DNA from: Eledone cirrhosa
Lineage: Eukaryota
NCBI GenBank assembly: GCA_964016885.1
Contig: OZ024743.1
Coordinates: 335,420,001-335,484,000 of the forward strand
Direction of reading: 5' to 3'
DNA: 64,000 nt
Shown: positions 38,986 through 54,021 of the stretch, piece after piece
Layout: each line of letters opens with the position of its first letter
Position numbering within the stretch: the stretch's first letter is position 1
The notes under the pieces: generated by a model
What the model saw: the letters and a program-made list of their open reading frames with translations, nothing else
What the model was told of the DNA's origin: nothing
The model's database searches: none
Position numbers and translations under genes: made by a program

Positions 38986-41697
38986 TTGATTGGTGGATTG
39001 GCAGTATCGGTAGATGTCGGACAACATGCTTTGTAGCACAGAGTTACGTCCATTTACGGACTGAGTTCAAATCCCGCCGAGGTTAACTTTGCCTTTCATC
39101 CTTACGGGGTCGATAAAATAAAGTAACAGTAATGTACTGGTTAATTGATGGTCTTGTGCCAAAGTAAAAATAATTATATATATAAATATTAGGATAGAAG
39201 CAGCTTTAAATTAGTTAGACCATTATTTAGTCTGGAACTGGCTGTTGTAAATATTTCGAGGTTTCTGTTACCCTCACACCAGCTGTCATGTAGCTTCATG
39301 TTTTCCGCTTTTTTCATTATTTAATTTTTTCTGCACTTTCAATTTTTCTATCTTTCCTCTCTTCCTGTTATATCAATCCTTTGTTTTATACTTTCATCAT
39401 TATATACTTCTGTTCAAAAATCAATTACCTCTCTTTACATTCCTTTCTCTGATCTAAAAACTATTTGAGATATATTATATATATATAGCACTCTCTAGTC
39501 CAGTGAGAAAATTATTGTGACATTGAGCGGGTGTGATTGAATCTGATTCAATACAGTTAGAACCAGGCGTGGTTTATAACAGTCATAAATCGCAGTTGCC
39601 TAATGACAAAGATTTGTTAAAACGTGATAGAAAATAATTACTCCTTGATCGGACCTCCGTTGGTTTCGACTCGAGTGTTCCAGTTGTAGGATGAATGGAA
39701 CAGCCTATTCATGGAATTAACCTGTTAGAAGCTAGGCACGCATAATTTTAACGTGGTTTTCGGGGAGATTCGACGTATCATGCAGAGCATTAATACTGAG
39801 CTTTTGAATTACAGGTACAGTCCATCTGACAGGTTTCCAAGCACTTCCCGTCAACCCAATTTCACTCACAAGGCTTAGGTTGACGTAGGCTATGGTAAAT
39901 GATGCTTTCGGAATATACCACACAGTGGGATCGAACTCCAGACCAAATGATTGTAAAGCGAACTTCTTAACCATTCGGCTATGCTGCGTCCACACCACAA
40001 ATTATGCACGCACGCATGGTCCTGTAACTCAGGAGGGATTCGTTGGGACACCGTGTTGACAGGCCTTTCTAGGGTATTTTTAAACCTGACGGTGCTAATC
40101 CCTCTCCAGGTCTGAATACAGCAGATTTCTTCCAGAGAAGAATAGTGAATAAAAGAATGGAAGTGAGAAATAGATATAGAGGAAGAATCAACCCCATTAC
40201 TAGACTGGTACGTTTTTGTCGAGCTCAAATGGGTGGAAGGCAAAATTGACCTCGGCGGGATTTGAACTCAGAGACGTAGAGCCGAAACTAATACCACAAA
40301 TCATTTTACACAATGTTTTAAAGTTTCTGGCAATTCGCCGGCCACCATAGATCATATGAGCTAATTCATTTTACATTATATGAAAGTGTGTCCGACAATA
40401 TTTACTCTTGAACAATTTTACACATGTAACCACATACAGAATTAATTAATATACTCCGTTGCTTATTTGATTAAAATTCATTGCGCCGTTTTATGCAATT
40501 ATATATGACTTTATGACTTGATAGATGTAAGCAATTATAACGTTTGAAATAAAATATTTTGCAGTCGGAATCCTGAGCGGAGAATCAACTTTTCGTATCT
40601 CACCAGCTTCCTTTCTCCATATTCTTGGCTGTCAAGACTCGGAAAGGAAGCTTAAGTTCGTTAATCTACCTAGTCGACAAGGTCGGAACGCCGTCGATTC
40701 AGAGAATAAGTATCCTGTTTCCCGGACAGCAGAAGGGCCTGTTCTTGAAATTACCGGAAAATCCCTTAGCATTCCTCAGAAATGTGTACCCTTAACGTAG
40801 GTCTCAATACAATTCCGTGTAACACAGCGAGCGACAAGGCTGGTCTTGGAATTACAGGTACAATTAATTTTTCCCAAGTGGAGTAGAACAGCGTTACATA
40901 AAGTTTTGGCTCAAGGGCTTAACTAATCGCTGGTTTGATTTATAGCATTTCGCCGTTATTTCTGACAAACCATGGCAAAGCGATTACATAGAATCCCACA
41001 TTGCTCTCTACTCTAAGTCTAAAGACTGTCTCAAGCCAGAAGGCTCGTTAAGCTGGTGCTTCACGAGGCGTGAAGCGACTGAGAGCACAAGAACCCCCCG
41101 GAGAAGACACACGTCTATCGCAGGGTTAAACAACCAGCTATTACTATTGGTAATATACTAAGCTGAGTGTTCTATAGCAACGTAAATTCAAGTGTTTTGC
41201 ACAAGAAAACAACACGCAACCCAGCCCAGGTATCGAACCCAAACTATTAGGCCACGCGTCCTCACATAGTTGATGGTTAAACAAATTATATATTGCATTG
41301 ATTGCAGTCAGTTGTTGTTTTTGTTTGATTTTTTAGCTACGGGTCAGCCGTAATTAAAGATATATGATCAGTAGTAATCCTGCCATGAAAATCCCTTCCT
41401 TTAACGGTTATCTTGGATCACATTTTCTAATGCATCATTTCTTTTTTTTTTCTTTTTTATAATAGTAGACAGTGATGTGAAAGAGATCAGTTTATTTTCC
41501 CTAACATTAAACAACTGCGTAGAATCTCCATTATTTGTTCACTTTACATTCAGTTATAAACGGTGCCATAACTAATATGGTATTTGGCTAGCGTTTCCGT
41601 TATTTAATCAATTCCTTTAGGTCTCCTAGGGAATTACATAGTGTACAAAGTCACTTTCAAAGTTCCAATATTAAAATCATAATTTTTAGTGTGTTGA

Positions 41698-41915
41698 GGG
41701 CGGTGGATTAGCAGCAACCATTTGAGCATCGAACAACTATCTTTTTAGCATAGTTGCGTCCCTTTACGTTCTGAGTTAAAATCCTGACGAACTTGGCTTT
41801 GCTTTTCATCCTTGTGGGATCGATAAAATGAAGTACAAGTAACGCACTAGGGTCGATTTAATCGACTTTCCCCTTCCTCCAAATTGTTGGCCTTGTGCTT
41901 AAATCAAAACCTATT
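41698..41915 (+). mobile_element. SINE family A, older copy
   Basis: Diverged match; another at about 40180-40340(-). Confidence 0.7.
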
Positions 41916-42289
41916 ATTATTAACACGTCTTGTTCAATCCTTTTCTGTAAAATGACTTAACGGAATGCTTCATCATGCCAATTGAAGGTCCGGAATCAAC
42001 TGATCTGTAAACATTGTTAATGTTCCACCCATTCTATTAATAGCAACTGCTGGTAATGTGGAGAATAAATCAAATCTTTATCAATATTACAGACAACCTC
42101 AAACAGCATGCGAATAAACATGCATGGATAGGTTTTATACAAAAGCAGGCTTAGGCATAAATACTGCTTTTCGTTTATATAATTCTCAAATAGGTAAACA
42201 GATAAATTTATTTATTAGCCACCAGGGCACAAAAGATGGGGACAAATACAAATGGGAAGTTTACATAAAGGTATATGAAAATAAAACTA

Positions 42290-43010
42290 TTAATACAATA
42301 ACAAATAAAATTGAAATCCACAATAGGGGGGAGGTGTTACACAGGGGTTGTACACACCCCGAAAAAATGTACGACCCTCATCTCCAGGAGCACCAAGAGT
42401 GAGTACTCCCTTCCTCTCTTCCTCTTTTTCCTCAACCTACAGGCTTATATAGAGAGAAGGCCCAACCACTCGGGCCATCTTTCCCACATTCACCCACCTT
42501 TTATAAAATGTGCTGGGGTACAGCACCTCTCTCTCCATCCTGATTCTTCTTCCAAAATGATATTTGAAATAACGAATCAGTTGCTCGCCGGAGAGAAAGG
42601 TGTTTGACTTCAGCCCTTTTAACCTGGTACACCATATAACCTCTTTGGTTAACTGGATTGGTCCCACCCGCCATAATAGTCGTTCTACATAGTCCTACAG
42701 GTCGGTAACACCCGGGCAGTGTACAAATGCGTGTGCGACGGTTTCTGTAGAGCTTGTCTGGAACTGGTAGAGCTCCTCGGTAGCACTGCCAGGCCAGGGA
42801 CTTTTGGAAGTTGTCCATTGGTCCCGGGCGGAAGGTCCTACCGAACAGACTGGCCAGTTCGTCCTCCTCTACGCCTAGAGTTTCTCCGAGCGTGTCGTTG
42901 CACTTGCTGCGGACCAACCCTCGATAGAATGTCGAAGTGGTGTCTCCATTGATCGCCGGGTCCGTTTGCCAGAGGACTGTGAGCGCCTGAGCACATTCGA
43001 TATGCCAAGA
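42290..43010 (-). mobile_element. L1/Tx1-like LINE 3' fragment
   Basis: FQKSLAWQCYRGALPVPDKLY resembles the zf-RVT-adjacent region. Confidence 0.5.
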
Positions 43011-43089
43011 TAGATAGACATGTATATATGCGGTAGATAGAGAGAGAGAGGGAGAGAGAGAGAGAAACAGATGGAAAAACAAATTTCTT

Positions 43090-44160
43090 CGCCCACAAAT
43101 TCCTGGGAGAGTTATGGGGATAGAGTCATCAAACACTTCTTCCAGTGTGTCCTATCAGAAGCAACCGTCCCCAACTGATCCGGCTAGTTACCCAAGCGAA
43201 ATGAGCCAGGATCATGCACGTTATCCAAACATGTTGTTCGATGTCTATTCTTGGGTCTCCTGTAATTTGTCCAATGATTACTTCCTGAGATATTCTAACC
43301 CCAAACCATAGTATCGGCGCTGTGATCTCTCATTTCTGAGAAGTAGCGAATCTACTTGGAAAGATTCGCTAGTCTCCAGCTACACACTCTATCGAGTAAG
43401 ATTACTTCAAAGGCACTTCTGAGGAACTCCGTTTCGGCCGATTGCGATCATATTCTTTCGGTCATTACCCAAGATACATGACGAGAGGTAAGGATATGCA
43501 CGAATACCGAATTGAAGATTGCGAGTTTGACTTTTACACTTACCTCCCTTCTTCGGATTTTCGAATGCCGATGCTGTCGCATTACTACACAAGCTCCTGC
43601 AATTCGTTCACTTAATTCAGCCTCCTCATGTAGAGCGCACTGCACAGGTTTCTCTATTTAAGACTTTTAACATCTCCGAATTTCATCCTCCCCAGTGGCC
43701 TTGCCACATTTGAGTTCTTTAATTGCTCCTGTAACCTCAGCTTCCTAGAGACTAATCATCGTTTCCAGATTCACCTCGTGTACATCAGAAGATTCTGTTG
43801 TGATCGGGTTTAGATCAGCAAAATATTCTCTCCACCAACATTGTGAGGTTGCATCTTTCTGAAGTGATGAGGATACGCCATCCTGATAGTAGGTGTGGAA
43901 GAGGACTTCTTATTACGAAGTCGGCGGATGGTCTGCCAGCACACTTTACTTGCTGATCTGGAGTCAGATTCCAGCTTAACCCCAAAGTCCCCCCATGTCT
44001 TAACTTTGGACGCATTTACTATCTCTGCTGCGATTCTTTGTCCCTGCTTGTACCGCAAGTGCAAGAAGGGGGACTTATTCCCAAGCTGAGATTTGTAGGC
44101 CTCCTTCTTTGATCATATGGCATATTTTACCTCTTAATTGAACCAATGTAATACAACATT
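43090..44160 (-). mobile_element. Decayed RTE-type LINE
   Basis: KTWGDFGVKLESDSRSASKVCWQTIRRLR; EVSVKVKLAIFNSVFVHILT. Confidence 0.65.
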
Positions 44161-44968
44161 ACCAGCCAGAAGCCTAAGCTATGAAAACAGCCTAATTATT
44201 ATATCGATAGATTAATATCTGAAAAGTTTAAAGTATTCAAAATTTTATCAATTGAAACAACCAGTATCCTCCTAGTTTAGCAAACAGAAATCCGCCGGAA
44301 TACAGAATTCTACTACAAAGCTGGTACAGTACCGTTTAAAATTCCGTGAAGAATCCGCTGATTATTAATCATTGATTTGTTTGATCATCGCTGAATTTGG
44401 ACTAGATAGAGAGTTTGAAATAAAGACTAATTCTGTCACAAGCCCTGATGCTCTTCAGGCTAATGTGTATCCCGGTTTCTGTAGCGTGGTTAAACCTCAA
44501 GCTATTGCTGAGAATATTGCAGCAACGTAAAATGAAATGTTTTTCTTCAAGAACAAAACATCCAACCGAGTCGAGGAATCAAATCCACTACATTATAATC
44601 ATACATCAAACATCTTTACCTCTAAGCCACGTGCCTCCACACGCTCATGTATTCGTTAATATTTTTAATTGATTAATTATAGTGAAACAACTTGATTTAG
44701 ATAATTGAATTACATGACAGTAAAGGCTAGCTAGGAACTTCCTTTTATTTGAGAATAACTGCAATGTCTTCATCATCCATAAATAAGGAATAGCGAGGTG
44801 ATATTTTACATGTTTATCACCAGAAAATAAATCAAAGCAGTGCTGGATCAAGCGCTGACACTAATATTTCGTAGCTTGATATAACTTTTGAATGGCATGT
44901 ACAACTTAGGAAGAATGTCTCAACAAGCATGTTTTCCCCGCACACACATGTATCATTTTGTTAAGGCT

Positions 44969-45053
44969 AAATATTGAGACTTGTTACTCTGGAGTGTTGT
45001 CTATTTATCAGGATAAATAGACGAAAACTCAAGAGTAACAAGACTCACTATTT
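44969..45053. repeat. Short fold-back palindrome
   Basis: cttgttactctggagt..gtctatttatc / gataaatagac..actcaagagtaacaag. Confidence 0.8.
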
Positions 45054-45099
45054 CACTTTAATAAAATAAATATTAAAGCTTTACTTCGGTATTGAGTAC

Positions 45100-45509
45100 T
45101 CTCTCGCTCTCGCTCTCGCTCGCTCTCTCTCTTTCTCTCTCTCTCTCTATATATATATAATAGAAACATATATATATATATATATATATCTATCTCTCTC
45201 TCTATATATATATATGTTTATATATATATATGTTTATATATATATATGTTTATATATATATATGTTTTTATATATATATATGTTTATATATATATATATG
45301 TTTATATATATATATATGTAATATATAGATAGATGTATATATATGTATATATATATGTATATATGTATATATATAGATATATGTATATATATATATGTAT
45401 ATATATATATGTATATATATATATATGTATATATATATGTATATATATATGTATATATATAGATATATGTATATATATATGTATATATATATATGTATAT
45501 ATATATATG

Positions 45510-45598
<89 letters not shown>

Positions 45599-45797
45599 GT
45601 ATGTATATATATGTATATATATATATATGTATACATATATATGTATATATATATATGTATATATATATATGTATATATGTATATGTATATATATATGTAT
45701 ATATATATATGTATATATATATATGTATATATATATGTATATATATATGTATATATATATGTATATATATATGTATATATATATGTATATATATATG

Positions 45798-45836
<39 letters not shown>

Positions 45837-45920
45837 GTATATATATGTATATATATATGTATATATATATATATATGTATATATATATGTATATATATAT
45901 ATATATATATGTATATGTAT
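45100..45920. repeat. Compound (CT)n/(TA)n/(TATATG)n microsatellite
   Basis: Direct reading. Confidence 0.95.
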
Positions 45921-46287
45921 CATAAATCATGTCTTTAGAATCATCAGATAAAATATATACTATTTCTTCTTCTAATTAGCATAATTAACCATATAAAAAA
46001 TCAATTAGAACAAGCTATAAGAATAAATGCTCTTATGGAGAAATCTCCGACAAATAACCGAACGTAGCCTCTTCGCGGCGGCCTCAATCGGGTATTTATC
46101 CAACATTTCGACGGCATGTAGAAACTGACTAAATATACCATCAACCATACACAATTAGGTGTAAAATTAAACTTAGAAGAAATGCGCACATACCGTAATT
46201 ATATCTCTACCATGGTTTCTTCCTTATTTTTAGACATCTATACATCTATAGAATTCTATAAGAATATAACATCAGTGATCTCGGTAG

Positions 46288-46360
46288 ACAGGTGGGAGTA
46301 GTTAGCCTTGATAAGCTTCAACAAAAGCGAAACAAGGCCTTGTCGGCTTATCTCCCCTGT
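46288..46360 (+). ncRNA. Type I hammerhead ribozyme with U3-A8 variant core
   Basis: Stem I AGCC/GGCT extended by GGGAG/CTCCC and ACAG/CTGT; core TTGATAA; stem II GCTT/AAGC; GAAA; palindromic stem III ACAAGGCCTTGT; GUC. Confidence 0.7.
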
Positions 46361-46566
46361 TTGCTAAGATCAAAGTAAGTTAATTTGTCACTACTCTAAA
46401 AAACAATAGCTTACGGTCTTCAAAATGCTTTTAATTAAGCATAAAGTGTATTGCAAAATACACTATATATACATCCATATATATATATATGTATATATAC
46501 GTTATTCCGGGTTGAATCGGAGGTAACCACAGTAAGTAAGGTATTCAATACATAGCAGAGTATAAC

Positions 46567-46684
46567 AGTTTTAATATAGATGAGATTCTACAGGACTAGA
46601 ACTGTTTCATTCATTTGAAATCATCGATGATTTCAAATGAATGAAACAGTTCTAGTCCTGTAGAATCTCATCTATATTAAAACT
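46567..46684. repeat. Perfect ~118-bp palindrome centred on ATCGAT, made from an HHR-like repeat tip
   Basis: The arms are exact reverse complements; the right arm (GATGA-tttc..gaat-GAAA-cagttctag-TC) matches 20645-20700 and 20850-20910. Confidence 0.9.
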
Positions 46685-46685
46685 A

Positions 46686-46804
<119 letters not shown>

Positions 46805-46845
46805 GTATATATATATATACATATGTATATATATATATACATATG

Positions 46846-46877
<32 letters not shown>

Positions 46878-46982
46878 TATGTATATATATATATATACAT
46901 ATGAATATATATATGTATATATATATATATATATACATATGTATATATATATATATACATATGTATATATATATATATACAT

Positions 46983-48248
46983 ATTTGGATTTAATGCTCT
47001 GAAATAGCGATATATATGTGAAGACAAACATAGAATATTCGAAAATATTCTGTATGTTTATAATAAACATTTTGAAGACCCAATCGCTATAGAATAGAAT
47101 ACGTCACGTATTACAATTTGAGATTCTCGATAAAAGCAAGGGAAGTAACCTACGCGTTTCATTCTTATTAGAAATCATCAGGATTACATATCCAATGCTT
47201 TTATCGAGAACGACACAGCTAGAGACTTATAGAATACTTAGCTGTGTACAGGAACTGGTTTGAAAGAGCGGTAGCCGGTCCGGCAGAAATTAGAATTTGG
47301 ATTTAATGCTCTGAAATAGCGATATATATGTGAAGACAAACATAGAATATTCGAAAATATTCTGTATGTTTATAATAAACATTTTGAAGACCCAATCGCT
47401 ATAGAATAGAATACGTCACGTATTACAATTTGAGATTCTCGATAAAAGCAAGGGAAGTAACCTACGCGTTTCATTCTTATTAGAAATCATCAGGATTACA
47501 TATCCAATGCTTTTATCGAGAACGACACAGCTAGAGACTTATAGAATACTTAGCTGTGTACAGGAACTGGTTTGAAAGAGCGGTAGCCGGTCCGGCAGAA
47601 ATTAGAATTTGGATTTAATGCTCTGAAATAGCGATATATATGTGAAGACAAACATAGAATATTCGAAAATATTCTGTATGTTTATAATAAACATTTTGAA
47701 GACCCAATCGCTATAGAATAGAATACGTCACGTATTACAATTTGAGATTCTCGATAAAAGCAAGGGAAGTAACCTACGCGTTTCATTCTTATTAGAAATC
47801 ATCAGGATTACATATCCAATGCTTTTATCGAGAACGACACAGCTAGAGACTTATAGAATACTTAGCTGTGTACAGGAACTGGTTTGAAAGAGCGGTAGCC
47901 GGTCCGGCAGAAATTAGAATTTGGATTTAATGCTCTGACATAGCGATATATATGTGAAGACAAACATAGAATATTCGAAAATATTCTGTATGTTTATAAT
48001 AAACATTTTGAAGACCCAATCGCTATAGAATAGAATACGTCACGTATTACAATTTGAGATTCTCGATAAAAGCAAGGGAAGTAACCTACGCGTTTCATTC
48101 TTATTAGAAATCATCAGGATTAAATATCCAATGCTTTTATCGAGAACGACACAGCTAGAGACTTATAGAATACTTAGCTGTGTACAGGAACTGGTTTGAA
48201 AGAACGGTAGCCGGTCCGGCAGAAATTAGAATTTGGATTTAATGCTCT
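46983..48248 (-). repeat. Tandem array of 312-bp HHR-containing units, left arm (~4.05 copies)
   Basis: tttggatttaatgctct recurs at 46984, 47296, 47608, 47920 and 48232; HHRs on the minus strand at 47124-47210, 47436-47522, 47748-47834 and 48060-48146. Confidence 0.95.
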
Positions 48249-48261
48249 TCTAGATTTAACG

Positions 48262-49276
48262 CTATTCTATAGCGATTGGGTCTTCAAAATGTTTATTATA
48301 AACATACAGAATATTTTCGAATATTCTATGTTTGTCTTCACATATATATCGCTATTTCAGAGCATTAAATCCAAATTCTAATTTCTGCCGGACCGGCTAC
48401 CGCTCTTTCAAACCAGTTCCTGTACACAGCTAAGTATTCTATAAGTCTCTAGCTGTGTCGTTCTCGATAAAAGCATTGGATATGTAATCCTGATGATTTC
48501 TAATAAGAATGAAACGCGTAGGTTACTTCCCTTGCTTTTATCGAGAATCTCAAATTGTAATACGTGACGTATTCTATTCTATAGCGATTGGGTCTTCAAA
48601 ATGTTTATTATAAACATACAGAATATTTTCGAATATTCTATGTTTGTCTTCACATATATATCGCTATGTCAGAGCATTAAATCCAAATTCTAATTTCTGC
48701 CGGACCGGCTACCGCTCTTTCAAACCAGTTCCTGTACACAGCTAAGTATTCTATAAGTCTCTAGCTGTGTCGTTCTCGATAAAAGCATTGGATATGTAAT
48801 CCTGATGATTTCTAATAAGAATGAAACGCGTAGGTTACTTCCCTTGCTTTTATCGAGAATCTCAAATTGTAATACGTGACGTATTCTATTCTATAGCGAT
48901 TGGGTCTTCAAAATGTTTATTATAAACATACAGAATATTTTCGAATATTCTATGTTTGTCTTCACATATATATCGCTATTTCAGAGCATTAAATCCAAAT
49001 TCTAATTTCTGCCGGACCGGCTACCGCTCTTTCAAACCAGTTCCTGTACACAGCTAAGTATTCTATAAGTCTCTAGCTGTGTCGTTCTCGATAAAAGCAT
49101 TGGATATGTAATCCTGATGATTTCTAATAAGAATGAAACGCGTAGGTTACTTCCCTTGCTTTTATCGAGAATCTCAAATTGTAATACGTGACGTATTCTA
49201 TTCTATAGCGATTGGGTCTTCAAAATGTTTATTATAAACATACAGAATATTTTCGAATATTCTATGTTTGTCTTCA
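48262..49276 (+). repeat. Tandem array of the same 312-bp unit, opposite orientation, right arm (~3.25 copies)
   Basis: ctattctatagcgattggg recurs at 48262, 48574, 48886 and 49198. Confidence 0.95.
48461..48547 (+). ncRNA. Type I hammerhead ribozyme of the 312-bp unit (also 48773-48859 and 49085-49171)
   Basis: Distal stem I TTCTCGATAAAAGCA/TGCTTTTATCGAGAA (15 bp), internal loop, proximal GTAATC/GGTTAC; CTGATGA (48490-48496); T-TTCT-aata-AGAA-T; GAAA (48511-48514); palindromic ACGCGT; GUA, predicted cut after 48520. Confidence 0.85.
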
Positions 49277-49570
<294 letters not shown>

Positions 49571-49574
49571 TAGA

Positions 49575-52500
49575 GAGATACAGATGGCAGCAGCAGATCA
49601 GAAACATTTTTTAGTGATGGCAGAGAAGATTGTGGGACAGCTGACCTGGCTGCATCGTCTCCAGAGCCAGGTCATCCACACCAGCACTCGAGACCACCGC
49701 AGTTAAGGGACCCAGAGTGGCCGCCGCTGACACCAGACCAGGTGTCATACCGACAGCCATTACTGGCACCCCAAAAGTCACACCAGTGCTGCTGCTGAAT
49801 GTCAGGGGCCTGGTGAAACTCAGTAACATGAGTAAAATTTCCTACCTGGGAGACTTAGCCATAAGCAATCAAGCACTATGCATGGCACTAACCGAAACGC
49901 ACCTGGCAAGCAGTATAGCAGATGCAGAAATACATATACGAAATATACTGTATTTCTTTCGGACAGGAAGGAGAGAACTCATGGTGGGTTGCTCTGTATA
50001 TCCGTGAAGATGTCACACCAATAGTACTGTTGACACATTCAAACTCAGTCTGTGACACACTGATAATACATATGAAGCAACTACAGACAGTAATATGTGT
50101 CACATATCGGCCGCCCGATGCCCCCAGTCATGAGGGTAAATTTGAGGATAGCCTAAGTAGGATAAAAGAGGTCCTTGACAAACTGGATCAGGGTCTCAAC
50201 ATCCTACTGCTGGGAGACTTCAACCTAACAAAGGTCAAATGGCCTGAGGGCCACCTCCTCCCTGGAATGACGTCAATAGAACAGCGACAGACGGGGAATC
50301 CCTGCTGGCCCTCACACACAGGCTGTTCATGGAGCAAGCAATACTCCTCCCAACAAGAGGCGAAAATGTCCTGAACCTCTGTTTTACAAACAACGAAGTG
50401 CTCATCCACAATGTAAAGGTGACACCAACAATTCTCTCGGATCATAACTTAGTAGAGCTAATGATATGTGGTCCAAGAGAACCAACAGAGACAAAACCAC
50501 CAAAAAGCTCCGGGACGCTATCCAACCTTAACTTCTACAAGGTTAACTGGAAAAAGATTAAGAGTGAAATCCGGAAGCAAACATGGAGTGAAAACACCGC
50601 CATACAAGACACTAACACACAATTTCAACACTTCATGACAACGATACACACCATATGCAAAAAGTGTGTCCCGGAGAAAGAGGCAAACAGACACAAAAAT
50701 CTTATTCCCAGAGATAGGAAAATCCTTATGAGACGTAGAACTAAACTCTCAAACCAGTTGAATAGTCAACAAAACAAAAACAAGAAGGAATCCTATTTGA
50801 AACGTGCACTACTTGACACCGAGATTGCACTCAAACTTTCACATGAGAATGAGAGGGCAAAGAAAGAGAACAGGGCAATAGAAAACATTAAAACAAACCC
50901 TAAGGCCTTCTTTAAATTTGCAAAAGAAACTGCCTCAGTACACTGCAAGATTGGGCCACTCTTCTACACGGACGGTTCATTAACCGAAAATCCCCAAGAG
51001 ATATGTGAAATACTGAACGAACAGTACAAAAGTGTCTTCATATGTCCACTGAGGCACATGCAAATAACGAAGCCAGAGGAGTTCTTTGATGCCACAACAC
51101 TACATCAAGAAATGGCAACCATCAACCACATAGACATAACGGAGGAGGATGTGGTGTACGCCATTGATGAAATTAGAACAGACTCGGCTGCTGGACCTGA
51201 TGGATTCCCAGCAGTTCTCTTAAAAATATGTAAGCGGGCCTTAGCAACTCCACTGAAGATGCTCTTCAGAAGCTCCTTGGCTAGCGGTGTACTACCCAGG
51301 GAGCTGAAAGAAGGCACAATATGCCCTATCCATAAAGGAGGTAGTAGAGCGGAGGCCAAGAACTATAGGCCAGTCTCCCTGACGTCGCATATCAGTAAGG
51401 TCATGGAGCGAGTCGTCAGAAAGAAACTAATCACTTTCCTCGAAGAAAATGACCGCCTGATTAGCACGCAACATGGCTCTGCCCAGGAAAAAGCTGCCTT
51501 ACACAGCTGCTACATCACTACGACTGGGTACTGAGACAACTACTAGACAGCTCACATGTGGACGTGATATATCTTGACTTTGCGAAGGTCTTTGACAAGG
51601 TCGACCACGGAGTGATATGTCACAAACTACATGGACTCGGCATAACTGGAAAAGTAGGTGAGTGGCTGCATGGCTTCCTAAGGGACAGAAGCCAGGCAGT
51701 CGCAGCAAATGGGACCCTCTCGAGGGAAACACCGATAACAAGTGGGGTGCCTCAGGGGACAGTCCTGGGACCACTACTGTTTTTGGTGGCTCTCTCGGAC
51801 ATGCCCTCTGTGGTGCATGCAACAACATCCCTCACTAGCTATGCTGATAACACTAAGGTAGCACAGGCAATCAAAAACCCGGCTGGCGCTGCCCTTTTAC
51901 AGCAGGATCTGCATGCCATATACAGATGGGCGGAAGAAAACAACATGCAGTTTAATGCTGACAAATTCCAAGCCCTACAAAACAAACCTGCAAACACAAA
52001 TATAGTGGAACACAGCTACACAGGACCAGGAGGGACCGATATCCCCGTGTCAAAATCGATACGAGATCTGGGCATAGACATGAGCGATGATGCATCTTTT
52101 TCTTCACACATCATGAAAGTGGCGACAACGTGCAGACGACTCCCTGGCTGGATCTTGAGGACTTTCCGGACAAGAGATCGAGACACCATGTTGACACTGT
52201 GGAGGACTTTTGTCCTAAGCCGCCTGGACTACTGCTCCCAGTTGTGGTCACCCCATAGTGTCAAACTAACCACGGAGCTTGAGGCAATCCAGCGAAGCTA
52301 CACTAAGAGGATTGCCAAGATGAGGGAGACAAGCTACTGGGAGAGGCTAAAGGAACTGAACCTCTACTCCTTGGAGCGAAGACGGGAGAGATACGCAGTG
52401 ATCTACATGTGGAAAATCCTGGAGGGACTAGCACCAAACTTTGGCATTGGGAGCTGGACCAACCGTCGAACAGGACGTCATTGTGTGGTGCCAAAGGTCC

Positions 52501-52826
52501 CGTCTTCCACGTCTAGAATAAGGAGCAGGTATTGCAATAGCCTGGGATTCAAGGGCCCTCAACTCTTCAACAGGCTGCCGAGGCATCTGAGAGACTTGCA
52601 TGACGTGGAGGTGGATGTCTTTAAGAAACATCTCGACACCTTGTTATCCAGGATCCCGGATGAGCCCACAGCAAGACACGAGGGAAACCTAAGGGCAGCA
52701 GCAACAAACTCCCTCTTACACCAGTGGCCAACCTATACAGGCTGGAGATAAAATGTGTAGCAACAAGGGCGGTGCCACGGCATGGCCTCAGCCGGATGGC
52801 TGAAACAGGTAAAAGAGTAAAAGAGT
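49575..52826 (+). mobile_element. CR1/L2-group LINE (APE + RT), inserted in (TA)n
   Basis: ORF2 remnants, a short 3' UTR and a tandem tail taaaagag-taaaagag. Confidence 0.88.
49790..52751 (+). pseudogene. APE endonuclease + reverse transcriptase ORF2, about three frameshifts
   Basis: LNVRGL, LTETHL, YRPPD, LLGDFN, SDHNLV; NYRPVSLTS, LDFAKVFDKVDH, GVPQGTVLGPLLF, YADN (catalytic D to N), RLDYCSQLWSP. Confidence 0.9.

Positions 52827-54021
<1,195 letters not shown>

Noticed and set aside
39241-39300. Minus-strand GAGG..CCTC-GAAA motif (relative near 35230-35300) as an HHR
   Set aside because: No recognisable CUGANGA box in either copy; too decayed to call.
46983-49276. CRISPR array or simple satellite reading of the 312-bp repeats
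   Set aside because: No unique spacers, no cas genes, eukaryotic context; the unit carries an HHR and the array inverts midway.
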